This document shows positions 1-10,569 of a stretch of 64,000 bases of DNA, piece by piece. The stretch spans positions 2,130 through 66,129 of the forward strand of contig CACJMP010000004.1 of the NCBI GenBank assembly GCA_902594595.1, written 5' to 3'. Below the pieces are notes generated by a model. That model did no database searches, had not been told where the DNA came from, and was given only the letters and a program-made list of their open reading frames with translations. This DNA is from an uncultured Pelagibacteraceae bacterium (GTDB lineage Bacteria; Pseudomonadota; Alphaproteobacteria; Pelagibacterales; Pelagibacteraceae). Position 1 is the stretch's first letter. Each line of letters starts with the position of its first letter. Made by a program: the position numbers and the translations under genes.

Positions 1-1
1 T

Positions 2-721
2 ATCAAGATCATGACCATACAAACATAAGCCAGCTTCTAACCTTAAAGTATCTCTTGCTCCTAAACCCACAAGTTTGGAACCTTTGTCAATCAACTCTCT
101 AGTTAATTTATCTGCAAAATTATTCGGGATTGATATCTCAAAACCATCTTCACCTGTATATCCAGATCGAGTAATGTACACTTTCTGATTATCAAATAAG
201 AACCAATTACCAGACATAAAATTTAAATCTTTTACCTGACTAAAAACTTCATTTAGGATTTGTGATGACTTAGGTCCTTGAATTGCTATTAAAGATCTAT
301 TTTCATCCAAAACCATTTTGTATTTTTCGTTTAACAAGTCCTTTAAAATTTTAAAATCATCGTTTTTACATGCCGCATTAAGAATTATCAAAAAACCTTC
401 ACTAATTTTTGTAATTATTAAATCATCTTGTATCCCAGCATTTTTATCCATTAAAAAGCTGTACTTAGAATGATTTAGTTTCAAATTTTTCAAATTTAAT
501 GGAAAAATTTTTTCTAAATCTTTAATTAGTTCATCACCACCGTAAATAAATAATTGGCCCATGTGTGAAACATCAAAAATGCCAGAGTGATTTCTTGTGT
601 ATTTATGCTCCTCTACAATACCTTCAGAATACTGAATTGGCATATGATAACCCGCAAATTCTACGAACTTTGCATTACAATCTTGATGTAATTTATAAAG
701 CGATGTTTTTTTTGTGTCCAT
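2..721 (-). CDS. gcvT: Glycine cleavage system aminomethyltransferase T (5' part; runs off the window start)
   Basis: Manual translation from ATG at 721: [12 protein letters not shown]...[10 protein letters not shown]...[10 protein letters not shown]...IAIQGPKS...[13 protein letters not shown]...[20 protein letters not shown], all GcvT motifs; preceded by a glycine riboswitch. Confidence 0.97.
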   Translation of the reverse strand, partial: MDTKKTSLYKLHQDCNAKFVEFAGYHMPIQYSEGIVEEHKYTRNHSGIFDVSHMGQLFIYGGDELIKDLEKIFPLNLKNLKLNHSKYSFLMDKNAGIQDDLIITKISEGFLIILNAACKNDDFKILKDLLNEKYKMVLDENRSLIAIQGPKSSQILNEVFSQVKDLNFMSGNWFLFDNQKVYITRSGYTGEDGFEISIPNNFADKLTRELIDKGSKLVGLGARDTLRLEAGLCLYGHDLD

Positions 722-732
722 ATTAACTCATT

Positions 733-895
733 ATACCCATCTGTATATTTGCCTGAGAGTTTTGCTCCTTCGGCGAGAATTAAATCTCTTTCCAGAGTTA
801 ATATATTACGGTCCTTTTTGCCTGAGAGATTCCTGGGTGGTTGCTCCTTCGGCGCTACAATAATCTGCAGTCTCTCCCGTAAGTTGATAGTCCTA
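733..895 (-). ncRNA. Tandem glycine riboswitch (two aptamers plus GGAC leader)
   Basis: Minus strand: GGAC...GGGAGAGAC...CGCCGAAGGAGCAA...CTCTCAGGC, linker, CTCTGGAAAGAG...CGCCGAAGGAGCAAAACTCTCAGGC; two copies of the glycine aptamer core directly upstream of gcvT. Confidence 0.96.
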
Positions 896-911
896 TAAGT
901 GACTTAAAATG

Positions 912-1790
912 TCAATTGGAAACGATTGCCTTTGGTTTTTTTAAAAGCGTATAAAACTGAAGTAATACTGCAAAAAGTATTATTGCCCCTCCTATCAACC
1001 CATATAATGATGGAATTTCGCTTACAAAAAGAAAAGCCCAAATAGGACCAAGAACAGATTCGGATAACATGATTATTCCAACCATTGCCGAAGGGGTTGT
1101 TCTTGCTCCAATAGTTATAAATATAAAACCAAAACCTATTTGAAAAAATCCAGCTAAAAATCCTAAAAAAATATCATGAGCTGAAATCATTATAGTAGGT
1201 GAAAGTAATAAACCAATAAGACATGAGCTTATACCTGCAACGAATTGTGCTGGTACCATATCAACAGATGGAAATTTCCTAACAATCATTATTAAAACTG
1301 CAAAGGTAATTGGCATTGTGAAAGCTGCTAAATTTCCAGATAATTCTCCTGGAGATAATGAATTTCCAACCATCAACAATACTCCAGAAATTGCTAAAAT
1401 AATTGAGATTAACGTAATTAAGTTAATTTTTTCTTTTAAGAAAAAGAAACCAAATATAGCTAAAAATAAAATTTGAAGTGATATTATAAAATTTGTATTG
1501 GCAACCGTAGTATTATACATGGCAAAAACATAACCACAAAAACCGATGGATAATATTAATCCTCCTATAAAACCTGGTAATCCAGAATTATAAAATGATT
1601 TTAAAACTTTTTTTCTATAAACGATTATCAAAAAAGTTAATACAGTCAGAGAAAAAAATAATGATCTCCAAAATAATATCTGCCATAATGTTGCTCCTTC
1701 AAAGGATTTTACTATTAGTCCACCAAAACTTAAACTAAGAGCACCAAAAAATATTAGTAATGGGCCAGGTAAACTTTTTAAAATATTCAT
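912..1790 (-). CDS. DMT/EamA family transporter
   Basis: 292 aa with about 10 hydrophobic segments in two EamA-like halves (FFLKEKI; ESVLGPIWAFLFVSEIP); ATG overlaps the pxpC stop (TAATG). Confidence 0.88.
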   Translation of the reverse strand: MNILKSLPGPLLIFFGALSLSFGGLIVKSFEGATLWQILFWRSLFFSLTVLTFLIIVYRKKVLKSFYNSGLPGFIGGLILSIGFCGYVFAMYNTTVANTNFIISLQILFLAIFGFFFLKEKINLITLISIILAISGVLLMVGNSLSPGELSGNLAAFTMPITFAVLIMIVRKFPSVDMVPAQFVAGISSCLIGLLLSPTIMISAHDIFLGFLAGFFQIGFGFIFITIGARTTPSAMVGIIMLSESVLGPIWAFLFVSEIPSLYGLIGGAIILFAVLLQFYTLLKKPKAIVSN

Positions 1791-2734
1791 TAAATTTTTG
1801 AAATTAAACTTTGAGTTTCTAGGTCATACAACTTAAAAAGAGTTTCTGCACTATTTAAATCGACCTCTTGAAATTTGACTCTTGAACCAGGAGTCAATTG
1901 TACTAATTTGTCATAATCAGCACTTATAACTACACCAATTTTAGGATAACCCCCTATGGTACCATGATCTGAGAGCATGATGATTGGAAAACCATCAGCT
2001 GTCACTTGTATCACGCCCTTAATTAGGCCTTCAGATCTAATATTAGTTTCGACAATATTTTCAATTTTTTTCCCCTCTAATCTCATTCCCATACGATCAG
2101 ATAATTTGGAAACTTTAAATTCATTTTTAAAAAAAATTTCCTTACCCTCTTCAGAAAAATAATTAAAATTTGTTCCTTTGATTACTCTAATGTTTTCTAT
2201 TTTCGTGTTAACATAATTCAATTTTGTATTCATAAAGTTTTGATTTATTTTTTTAATATTAATTTTTTGATTAGTAGTTAGCTTTTTCCCATTGTTAGAT
2301 CCTATATTTGCTTTAGTGTTTGTTGAACAGCTAGACCATTGAAATTTTAAATCAAATGTACCGCTTATTGCTAGATATCCATATACAGATTTATTAGTTG
2401 ATATAATATCTAGCTCGTCATTATTTTCTAAAATAAAAGATTGGTAACATTTTCCATCAACTAAATTATCACCTTTTTTAATTTCAAAACTCACATCTCC
2501 AGTGATAGCGATATTTATCGGGCTGCCATGATATTTTAAATGAGGGCCTTGGTAAGCAAATTCTATCACTGGATGGTTATGATTGTTGCCTGTTAATTTG
2601 TTCGCTAATAAATAATTTCTATTATCCATAGCTCCACTGAATGGGATTCCTATATGATAGAGGTGGTTTCTTCCAAGGTCTTGGAACGTTGAATTAATAC
2701 CAGCTCTTATAATTTCAAAATAATTTTTATTCAT
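1790..2734 (-). CDS. pxpC: 5-oxoprolinase subunit C (allophanate hydrolase subunit 2-like)
   Basis: TFQDLGR, GAMD, SDRMGMRL, DHGTIGGYPKIG motifs; adjacent to pxpB and pxpA. Confidence 0.9.
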   Translation of the reverse strand: MNKNYFEIIRAGINSTFQDLGRNHLYHIGIPFSGAMDNRNYLLANKLTGNNHNHPVIEFAYQGPHLKYHGSPINIAITGDVSFEIKKGDNLVDGKCYQSFILENNDELDIISTNKSVYGYLAISGTFDLKFQWSSCSTNTKANIGSNNGKKLTTNQKINIKKINQNFMNTKLNYVNTKIENIRVIKGTNFNYFSEEGKEIFFKNEFKVSKLSDRMGMRLEGKKIENIVETNIRSEGLIKGVIQVTADGFPIIMLSDHGTIGGYPKIGVVISADYDKLVQLTPGSRVKFQEVDLNSAETLFKLYDLETQSLISKI

Positions 2735-3401
2735 GATAATTTTGATATTTCTCTTTAGTAATTCTTTTGAATGTGACTAAATCACCTGGATTGATTAAGT
2801 TAGGTTCTTTTTCTTTAGAATTATCGAAAATATTTAATGGAGTATTACCAATTATATTCCAACCCCCAGGGCTTTCAAATGTATATATATTTGCAAATTG
2901 CTCCGTTAAACCAATTGAACCTTTTGGGACCTTAACTCTAGGAGTATCAAGACGTTTTGCTCTAAGATTTTCCTCTAAATCGCCAAGAAAGGGCATTCCT
3001 GCAATAAAACCTGTCATGTAACAAAAAAATTCCTTTTCAAAAAAATTTTCATAAATTTTTTCTTTTTTCATATTGAGTATTTCTTCTAATCTTTCTATAT
3101 CTAGTGAAAATTCTTTTTCACAACAAACAGGAATCTCAAACTTTTTATTTTGAATATTATCGCTTTTGGTAATTTCAATATTATCAATAACTTTTTTAAG
3201 TTTATTAAAATTAATCTTTTTAAGATCAAAAGAGATAATTAATTTATTATATGACGGGGTAATATTATTAACCCCTAAAATATTTTTTTTTCTTATAGTT
3301 TTAAAATATTTTATTACTTGAGTATTAGTCTCTCTATTTACCTCTTTACCAAAATCACAATATAAAGCTGCGTCACCAAGATTCGATATATTTTTTATCA
3401 T
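2727..3401 (-). CDS. pxpB: 5-oxoprolinase subunit B (allophanate hydrolase subunit 1-like)
   Basis: LGDAAL, GFIAGMPFLG, PRVKVPKGSIG, YTFESPGGWNIIGNTP motifs. Confidence 0.92.
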   Translation of the reverse strand: MIKNISNLGDAALYCDFGKEVNRETNTQVIKYFKTIRKKNILGVNNITPSYNKLIISFDLKKINFNKLKKVIDNIEITKSDNIQNKKFEIPVCCEKEFSLDIERLEEILNMKKEKIYENFFEKEFFCYMTGFIAGMPFLGDLEENLRAKRLDTPRVKVPKGSIGLTEQFANIYTFESPGGWNIIGNTPLNIFDNSKEKEPNLINPGDLVTFKRITKEKYQNYHE

Positions 3402-3405
3402 GCCA

Positions 3406-3414
3406 TGTTATACT
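3406..3414 (+). promoter_or_regulatory. Extended -10 promoter (TGnTATACT) for pxpA, probably leaderless
   Basis: TGTTATACT ends 8 nt before the GTG at 3423, inside a 21-bp divergent gap. Confidence 0.55.
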
Positions 3415-3422
3415 GAAGAATA

Positions 3423-4205
3423 GTGAGTATTGAAATTAATATAAATTGTGATTTAGGCGAAAAATCTAAACATCATTCTAATAAGCATGATCCTGACTTA
3501 CTCAAAATAGTCAATTCAGCAAACATAGCATGTGGTTATCATGCGGGTGATAAGGAAACTATGAATAAGGTTATAGAAATATCAAAAAAAAATGGTGTTA
3601 GTATTGGAGCGCATCCATCTTTCAATGATCCTGAAAATTTTGGTAGAGAACGAATGAATTTATCTTCTTCTGAGATAGAAAAATTAATAATTGATCAATA
3701 TGAAATTCTTCAAACAATTTCATCTAACCATGGTGAAAATGTTACCCATATAAAACCTCATGGTGCTTTAAATAATATGGCGTGCGAAGATATCAATTTA
3801 GCAACTATATTAGCAAAAGTAATCAAAAGTATAAATCCGGAATTAATTTATTTAGTGCCAACTGGATCTAAAATGGAACAAGCTGCTAAAAAGTTAGATA
3901 TGAAAATTGCCTGTGAAATATTTGCGGATCGAAATTATGAAGACGATGGTAACCTAGTTTCAAGAAAAAAACCCAATGCTTTAATTACTGATCCCGAATT
4001 AGCAAAAAAACATGTATTAAGCATGGTAAAAAATCAGGCACTTAATTGTCACAGTGGGAAACAAATACCTTGTGAAATTGACTCTGTTTGCATACATGGT
4101 GATAATTTAAGTTCGTTAAATACTGCTAAAGCTGTTAAGGAAAACTTGTTGAATAATGGGTTAAAACTTATAGCTTTAAATAAAATGGAGAAATTTAAAA
4201 AATGA
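3423..4205 (+). CDS. pxpA: 5-oxoprolinase subunit A (LamB/YcsF family)
   Basis: NCDLGE, SANIACGYHAGD, GAHPSF, HIKPHGALNN, EIFADRNY, SVCIHGD motifs; GTG start. Confidence 0.95.
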   Translation: MSIEININCDLGEKSKHHSNKHDPDLLKIVNSANIACGYHAGDKETMNKVIEISKKNGVSIGAHPSFNDPENFGRERMNLSSSEIEKLIIDQYEILQTISSNHGENVTHIKPHGALNNMACEDINLATILAKVIKSINPELIYLVPTGSKMEQAAKKLDMKIACEIFADRNYEDDGNLVSRKKPNALITDPELAKKHVLSMVKNQALNCHSGKQIPCEIDSVCIHGDNLSSLNTAKAVKENLLNNGLKLIALNKMEKFKK

Positions 4206-4702
4206 TTAAAAATATTCTTATTACATCAATCACATATCTATTTTTAATGGTTAATTTGAACGCAGCAGGTTCAGATGGTGGTGACAGTGGTGGATCTAGT
4301 GCAGCTGTAAAAACAAATTATGATAAGGCAGTCTCACACATTAAAATAGCAAAGAAACACGAAAAAAAAGGTAAATTAGACAAAGCAAAAAAGAGATACT
4401 TAAAAGCACAAAAGCTTTTAATAAAATCAAATGCAAAAAAACCTAACAAAGCTGATACTTTAAATTATTTAGGATTTACGACAAGAAAACTAGGTGATTT
4501 TGAAATGGGTGAAAAGTATTATCTTCAAGGCTTAGCGATTAATCCAAACCATAAAGGGATAAATGAATATCTTGGTGAGCTATATGTTGCCACTAACAGG
4601 CATAATCTCGCTGTTGAAAGATTAGAAGTTTTAAAAGGTTGTAATTGTGAAGAGTATGAGCAGCTGAAAGCTGTGATTGCTGGGAAAAAATCTAAATATT
4701 AA
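4202..4702 (+). CDS. Exported tetratricopeptide repeat protein
   Basis: Signal peptide, Gly/Ser linker, TPR-like helices (ADTLNYLGFTTRKLG...EYLGELY); ATGA overlap with pxpA. Confidence 0.75.
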   Translation: MIKNILITSITYLFLMVNLNAAGSDGGDSGGSSAAVKTNYDKAVSHIKIAKKHEKKGKLDKAKKRYLKAQKLLIKSNAKKPNKADTLNYLGFTTRKLGDFEMGEKYYLQGLAINPNHKGINEYLGELYVATNRHNLAVERLEVLKGCNCEEYEQLKAVIAGKKSKY

Positions 4703-6009
4703 TTTATATTTTTAATCATTTGCTCAGGCATCCATAAAGCAATCTCAGGGAAGATCACGACTAAAATTACAGCCAAAACCATTAGTAAAAATAATGGGAA
4801 CGCACTTTTAGCAATATATCCCATATCTTTATTTGCCATTCCTTGAAGTACAAATAAGTTAAAACCTACTGGCGGAGTAATTTGTGCCATTTCAACTACA
4901 ATAACCAAAAAAATACCAAACCAAATCATGTCAAAACCAGCCTGACGGATCATGGGTTCTATTATAGCCATAGTTAATACCACGGCTGAAATCCCATCTA
5001 AAAACATGCCTAGGATTATATAAAAAATCATTAAAACAAAAATTAGAACATAAGGTGATAATTCCATATTTTGAATCCAAAGTGCTAGATTCCTAGGTAA
5101 ACCCGTAAAACCCATTGCTAAAGATAAAAATGTTGAGCCTGCTAAAATAAATGCAATCATACAGGATGTTTTCGTTGCACCCAACAAAGAAGATTTAAAA
5201 GTTTCAACAGTCAGACTTTTTTGAAAATAAGATAAAATTAATGCTCCTAAAACACCTAACGATGCAGCTTCCGTGGCAGTTGCTATACCAGTATATATTG
5301 AACCAATAACGGCTACTATCAAAATTATTACAGGCAAAAGTTGTTTAGATCTTTTAATCTTATCAATAAATGAATATTCCTCTAAAATTTTTGGCATAGT
5401 CTTCTTATTAATTAAAGACCAAATAATTACATAAGACATGAATATTAATGCAATCATTATTCCTGGAATAATTCCTGCAATAAATAATTTAGCTATAGAC
5501 TCTTGAACAGCAACACCATAAATAATTAAGATAATTGAAGGGGGAATTAGTAAACCAAGAGTTCCTGAACCTGCTAAACTACCAAGTAAAATTTTTTCGG
5601 GATATTTTCTTTTTCTTAATTCTGGGATTGACATTTTTCCGACAGTCGCAACAGTTGCTGCAGAAGAACCTGATATTGCAGCAAATAAAGCACATCCAAC
5701 TATATTTACATGAATCAAGCCTCCTGGTAATTTTTGCATCCATGGTGAAAGCCCTTTAAATAAATTTTCAGATAGTTTTGTCCTAAATAAAATTTCACCC
5801 ATCCATACAAATAAAGGCAAAGCTGTAAGTGTCCAAGAGGATGAGGTTCCCCAAATTGTCGTAGCCATAGCATCACCTACAGGTCTTGAGGTAAATAACA
5901 TCATTCCAATTGCAGAAACACCTATCATACTTAGAGCTACCCAAATGCCAGAACCTAAAAAAAATAATAGAACACTAATAAAGAATATTGTTAAGAGTAT
6001 TTCGGTCAT
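4699..6009 (-). CDS. dctM: TRAP transporter large permease (DctM)
   Basis: ALPLFVWMGEIL, AAISGSSAAT, GTLGLLIPPS, TATEAA, QITPPVGFNLFV; start moved to MTEILL (6009), which overlaps the dctQ stop. Confidence 0.93.
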   Translation of the reverse strand: MTEILLTIFFISVLLFFLGSGIWVALSMIGVSAIGMMLFTSRPVGDAMATTIWGTSSSWTLTALPLFVWMGEILFRTKLSENLFKGLSPWMQKLPGGLIHVNIVGCALFAAISGSSAATVATVGKMSIPELRKRKYPEKILLGSLAGSGTLGLLIPPSIILIIYGVAVQESIAKLFIAGIIPGIMIALIFMSYVIIWSLINKKTMPKILEEYSFIDKIKRSKQLLPVIILIVAVIGSIYTGIATATEAASLGVLGALILSYFQKSLTVETFKSSLLGATKTSCMIAFILAGSTFLSLAMGFTGLPRNLALWIQNMELSPYVLIFVLMIFYIILGMFLDGISAVVLTMAIIEPMIRQAGFDMIWFGIFLVIVVEMAQITPPVGFNLFVLQGMANKDMGYIAKSAFPLFLLMVLAVILVVIFPEIALWMPEQMIKNIN

Positions 6010-6491
6010 TTTGTTTTTTTGTTTATTAAAATGAAATGATGTAAAACACTTATGAAAAATATTATTGACCCAATCGCCACGCTCGATTGAGGTATCCATA
6101 TAAGAATTTCATCTGCACCCTCACTTCTCTCTTGAAATTTGTATGAAATAATTAACATCTTAACAAAGTAAAATGCTAAATAGCCAGAGAAAAAACTCGC
6201 CACCCCTAAACACCAAATTTCAACAACTTTTTTTTTTAGTCCTGATAATCTTTCTAAAAAAAGTGTAATTCGAATATGGCCATCCTCAACAAATGTATAT
6301 GCTAAAGCAAAAAAAGATGCTGAGGCCATACAATAGCCAGAGTACTCTGCTAAGCCTCTTATATAAAAGCCAAATATTCTAGAACATATACCAATAAGTA
6401 TAAAAACTGCTACTAAAATCAAAAAGATTGCAGCAACGTAACCAGAAAATTTATAAAGTTTATTTAAATTCTTATTTATTGATTTTAACAT
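6006..6491 (-). CDS. dctQ: TRAP transporter small permease (DctQ)
   Basis: 4 TM segments, GHIRIT motif, located between dctP and dctM. Confidence 0.9.
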   Translation of the reverse strand: MLKSINKNLNKLYKFSGYVAAIFLILVAVFILIGICSRIFGFYIRGLAEYSGYCMASASFFALAYTFVEDGHIRITLFLERLSGLKKKVVEIWCLGVASFFSGYLAFYFVKMLIISYKFQERSEGADEILIWIPQSSVAIGSIIFFISVLHHFILINKKTK

Positions 6492-6499
6492 AAAAGTTT

Positions 6500-6528
6500 A
6501 AGGCCACTAAAGAAATATAAGTGGCCTT
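6500..6528 (-). terminator. Intercistronic stem-loop after the TRAP binding protein (partial terminator or mRNA stabiliser)
   Basis: AAGGCCACT-N11-AGTGGCCTT perfect 9-bp inverted repeat between dctP and dctQ. Confidence 0.7.
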
Positions 6529-6543
6529 AATTTTAAATCGAAA

Positions 6544-7515
6544 TTATTTATAGCTTGCTAAAACAGCAGCCCCTCTTGATCCAGCTTTTTGAGACCACTC
6601 ATTAGCCATAGTCTCACCTACCTTTTCAAAATGAGCTTTCAGAGGTGCATTTACTTTTCCAACTATCATACCTGCATCAGCTAAGGCTTTTTTATCACCA
6701 ACATTTCCTTGTTTAGATAATTGCCAACCTTTTCTTTCAGCTAAAGCTGCTTGTTTCATAACCAAATCTTTAGTGGCTTGATCTAATTTATTCCAAGCAT
6801 CTTTATTTACGATAACCATATTTTTTGGAAACCAAGCTGCAATATCATAAAAATATTTCACACCATTCTCCCAGATCTTAGAATTTTTTCCAGTAGTTGG
6901 TGATGTGATCATACTTTCAACTGCTCCTGTTGAAAATGCCTGGCTAATCTCAGCGGCCTCAATTTTCGTTGGAGCCATTCCAGTTAATTCAGCTATTCTA
7001 ATAGTTGCAGAATTGTAAGCTCTAAACTTTAGACCTTTTAGATCAGCTATCGAATTAATCTCTTTTTTACTGTACAAACCTTGTGCGGGCCATGGTACAG
7101 CATAAAGGAATACTAAGCCTTTTTTGTCTAGTCCTTTAACTATTTCTGCTTTCGAAGCTTTATATAATTTCATAGCATCAGAGTATGAAGTTGCTAAGAA
7201 AGGTTGAGAGTCTACTTCTAAAAGTGGATCCTCTTTTCCTAAAGCTGACATAAATCTTTCACCAATCTGTGCCTGACCAGTTCTCACAGCTCTAAAAATT
7301 TCTCCACCTTTGAATAATGAACCTCCAGGGTGAGTTACAATTGTTAGTTTGCCTCCACTTTTTTCAGTAACATTTTTTGCAAATTCAGTTGCATTAGCAG
7401 AATGAAAATTTCCAGCTCCATAAGCAAGAGCCATGTCCCATTTTTCTGAAAATGCATGGTTTATTGACAAAATTGATGAAACTAAAATAATAGATAAGTA
7501 TTTTAAAAATTTCAT
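6544..7515 (-). CDS. dctP: TRAP substrate-binding protein (DctP family), probable L-pyroglutamate binder
   Basis: Signal peptide, HPGGSL, DLKGLKFRAY, AFSTGAVE; GGAGG Shine-Dalgarno upstream; substrate inferred from the neighbouring pxpABC. Confidence 0.9.
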   Translation of the reverse strand: MKFLKYLSIILVSSILSINHAFSEKWDMALAYGAGNFHSANATEFAKNVTEKSGGKLTIVTHPGGSLFKGGEIFRAVRTGQAQIGERFMSALGKEDPLLEVDSQPFLATSYSDAMKLYKASKAEIVKGLDKKGLVFLYAVPWPAQGLYSKKEINSIADLKGLKFRAYNSATIRIAELTGMAPTKIEAAEISQAFSTGAVESMITSPTTGKNSKIWENGVKYFYDIAAWFPKNMVIVNKDAWNKLDQATKDLVMKQAALAERKGWQLSKQGNVGDKKALADAGMIVGKVNAPLKAHFEKVGETMANEWSQKAGSRGAAVLASYK

Positions 7516-7628
7516 TTAACCTCCATTTTTTTTAATAGCATTTCATTATGTATTAAAATAATTATCAATAAAAAAATTATACTACTTTTGATTGAATAAT
7601 TAATAATATTTTATACAATGTCGTTACT

Positions 7629-8240
7629 TTGTTAGAAGAAGCACTCATATTAATTCAGATTATTTTTATCGATATAATCTTGGCAGCAGATAATGCAATC
7701 ATTATTGGTTTGATCGCAGCAAATTTTGCTCCAAAACACAGAAGGCAAATAATTTTGTGGGGAGTTGCAGGAGCTTTAATTTTTAAAATTGTTTTTGCTC
7801 TGTTTGCTACCTATTTATTTGAATTTTATTTTATAAAGATTTTAGGAGGTTTGTTGCTTATTTGGATCGTAAATGATCTTAGAAAAGACCTATTTGAAAT
7901 TAAAAAGATAAAATCTCCAACAAAAAAATCAAAAGAACCTTCTTATATACAAAGTGTTTATAAAGTTTTATTTGCGGATATTACAATTAGTTTTGATAAT
8001 GTTATTGGTGTTGTAGGAGCTGCAAAAGGTAATTTTGGCTTTATGATTTTTGGATTAGTATTATCAGTAATTCTTACTGGGGCAATGGCAACTTATTTAG
8101 CAAACTATATTCAAAGGCATTTATGGATTGCATATATTGGTTTAGGATTTATTTTATTAGTTGCTATACAATTGGTTATAGGTGGACTTGTTGACTTAGA
8201 AATACTTTCGATAAATGAACAATTTAAGAAATACTTTTAA
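7629..8240 (+). CDS. TerC/YjbE family membrane protein
   Basis: IDIILAADNAIIIGL and ADITISFDNVIGVVGAA motifs; TTG start. Confidence 0.88.
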   Translation: MLEEALILIQIIFIDIILAADNAIIIGLIAANFAPKHRRQIILWGVAGALIFKIVFALFATYLFEFYFIKILGGLLLIWIVNDLRKDLFEIKKIKSPTKKSKEPSYIQSVYKVLFADITISFDNVIGVVGAAKGNFGFMIFGLVLSVILTGAMATYLANYIQRHLWIAYIGLGFILLVAIQLVIGGLVDLEILSINEQFKKYF

Positions 8241-9010
8241 TAAGAATATTTTTTTGTTGGATATTTCTTTGATCTCACTTCTGAAGCAAATTTTCTTATT
8301 CCTGCTTTAATATATTTTTTTATATTTACAAATCTTTTAACAAATTTAATTTTTGTTTGATTTAAACCAATTAAATCATCTGTAACTAACACTTGGCCAT
8401 CGCAATAGACCGATGAACCAATACCAATTGTTGGAATTTTCAATTTTTTTGTTATTTGTTTTGCTATTGATGACTTAATACACTCTAAAACTATTGCAAA
8501 CACACCAGTTTTTTGAAGCAATACAGCATCGTTCATGAGTTGATTGATCTCTTTAGGTGTTTTTCCTTTAGATTTAAATTTACCTTTCGCAGATTGAGGC
8601 AACAACCCAAGATGGCCCATTACTGGTATCTTATTTTTAATTAAAAACTTCACCTGACTGATAATTTTTTTTCCGCCCTCTAGTTTAACAGCATCACACT
8701 TTGTCTTTTTAATAATTTTTTTAGCATTCTTTAAAGCTAAATTTTTGTTTTCATAAGTCTTAAATGGCATATCAACTACCATTAAACTTTTTTTAACCCC
8801 AGACCTTACACTTTTGGAATGATTTATCATCTCTGTCAGTGTAACTCTTCTAGTAGTTGAATAATTATATAGTACAGACCCAAGCGAATCTCCAACTAAA
8901 ACAATGTCAACATACTTATCTAACTCCTCAGCCATATTCTTTGAATAAGCCGTCAGGCAAACAATTTTAGATTTATTTTTTTTATCAATTATCTTTTTAA
9001 TCTTGTTCAT
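8237..9010 (-). CDS. panB: 3-methyl-2-oxobutanoate hydroxymethyltransferase
   Basis: [46 protein letters not shown]. Confidence 0.97.
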   Translation of the reverse strand: MNKIKKIIDKKNKSKIVCLTAYSKNMAEELDKYVDIVLVGDSLGSVLYNYSTTRRVTLTEMINHSKSVRSGVKKSLMVVDMPFKTYENKNLALKNAKKIIKKTKCDAVKLEGGKKIISQVKFLIKNKIPVMGHLGLLPQSAKGKFKSKGKTPKEINQLMNDAVLLQKTGVFAIVLECIKSSIAKQITKKLKIPTIGIGSSVYCDGQVLVTDDLIGLNQTKIKFVKRFVNIKKYIKAGIRKFASEVRSKKYPTKKYSY

Positions 9011-10569
9011 TCAAGTTCAATGGTGCTCGGTGGTTTTGATGTAACATCATAAACTACTCTATTTATACCTCTTATGCTATTCACAATTTTATTGGAAATA
9101 TTTTGAATAAATGTTTTTTTAAAATCAAAAAAATCAGCTGTCATTCCATCTTCGGATGTAATAGCTCTCAATAAACATAAATATTCGTAAGTTCTATTGT
9201 CTCCCATTACTCCAACTGTTTTTACTGGGAGTAAAGCTGCATAAGCTTGCCAAATTTTGTCGTATAAATTGTGATCCTTCAGAGCTTGGATAAAATAGTT
9301 ATCAGCCTCTTTTAATATCTTGATTTTTTCTTTAGTAATGATTCCTGGCATTCTGATTGCTAAGCCTGGGCCTGGAAAAGGATGCCTTGAGATAATTTCT
9401 TTACTAAGATTTAACTCTAACCCCAGTTTTCTGACTTCATCTTTAAATAAGAATTTAAGAGGTTCTATAAGTTTTAGTTTCATTTTTTTTGGCAAACCAC
9501 CCACATTATGATGAGATTTAATTTTAGATGTTTGACTACCAGTTACTGATTTGCTCTCGATGAGATCTGGGTAGAGCGTTCCTTGAGCTAAAAACTTTAC
9601 ATTTTTTATTTTTTTTGCGTATCTTTCAAAAATCTTAATAAATAAATTTCCAATTATTTTTCTCTTTTTCTCTGGGTCTGAGACGTTATGGAGTTTTCTT
9701 AAAAATTCTTTTTCTGCATTAACGTACATTAGGTTTATTTTAAGTTTTTTTTTAAAGGTTTTTACTACTTGTATTTCCTCATTTTTTCTCAGAAGCCCAG
9801 TATTAACAAATACACAAAATAATTTTTTACCAATCGCTTTATTTAGTAATTGAGCAACAACACTACTATCAACACCACCAGATAAAGCGCATATAACTTT
9901 ATTAGTCCCTGCTATTTTTTGAACTTCTTTTATTAATTTAATCTTTTGATCTTTAGGAGACCAATTTTTTTTAATCTTACAGATCAGAAATACAAAATTT
10001 TTTATTAACTTTTTTCCATTTTCTGTATGAGTAACTTCTGGATGAAATTGTACACCATAAAAATTTTTTTTTTTGTTTTCAATAATTGCAAATTTAGAAT
10101 TATTACTTGAAGCTACAACTTTGAAATTTTTAGGTAACTTTGAAACCTGATCAGCATGACTCATCCACACTCTATTTTTATTTTGTTTATCAAAAAAATT
10201 TCGAGTTAAAATACTATTATTTTTTTTTTTTATATCAACTAAACCAAACTCTCTGTGTTTGGATTGTTTTACCTTACCTCCGCTCAACTTTGAAAGTATT
10301 TGATGGCCAAAACATATACCCAAAATTGGTACTCGATTTTCAATAATTTTTTTGTCAAAAGTGTATCTGTTGATCTGATAAACATTTAAAGGGCCGCCTG
10401 ATAAAATTATTCCTTTAATTGATTGATTAATATGTCTGTTTTCAATTTTTTTATTACTTATTATTTCTGAAAAAACTCCTAACTCTCTAATTCTTCTAGC
10501 TATCAATTGAGTAAATTGTGAACCAAAATCTATAATCAAAATCTTGTTCAAATTTTTATCAAGACTCAT
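9007..10569 (-). CDS. guaA: GMP synthase (glutamine-hydrolysing)
   Basis: [55 protein letters not shown]. Confidence 0.99.
   Translation of the reverse strand: MSLDKNLNKILIIDFGSQFTQLIARRIRELGVFSEIISNKKIENRHINQSIKGIILSGGPLNVYQINRYTFDKKIIENRVPILGICFGHQILSKLSGGKVKQSKHREFGLVDIKKKNNSILTRNFFDKQNKNRVWMSHADQVSKLPKNFKVVASSNNSKFAIIENKKKNFYGVQFHPEVTHTENGKKLIKNFVFLICKIKKNWSPKDQKIKLIKEVQKIAGTNKVICALSGGVDSSVVAQLLNKAIGKKLFCVFVNTGLLRKNEEIQVVKTFKKKLKINLMYVNAEKEFLRKLHNVSDPEKKRKIIGNLFIKIFERYAKKIKNVKFLAQGTLYPDLIESKSVTGSQTSKIKSHHNVGGLPKKMKLKLIEPLKFLFKDEVRKLGLELNLSKEIISRHPFPGPGLAIRMPGIITKEKIKILKEADNYFIQALKDHNLYDKIWQAYAALLPVKTVGVMGDNRTYEYLCLLRAITSEDGMTADFFDFKKTFIQNISNKIVNSIRGINRVVYDVTSKPPSTIELE

Noticed and set aside
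6010-6099. N-terminal extensions given by the ORF track for dctM, GFA, umuD, umuC, GT-C, dksA, murB and murD
   Set aside because: The extensions overlap neighbouring genes or promoter elements; downstream ATGs give the family-typical N-termini and canonical stop/start overlaps
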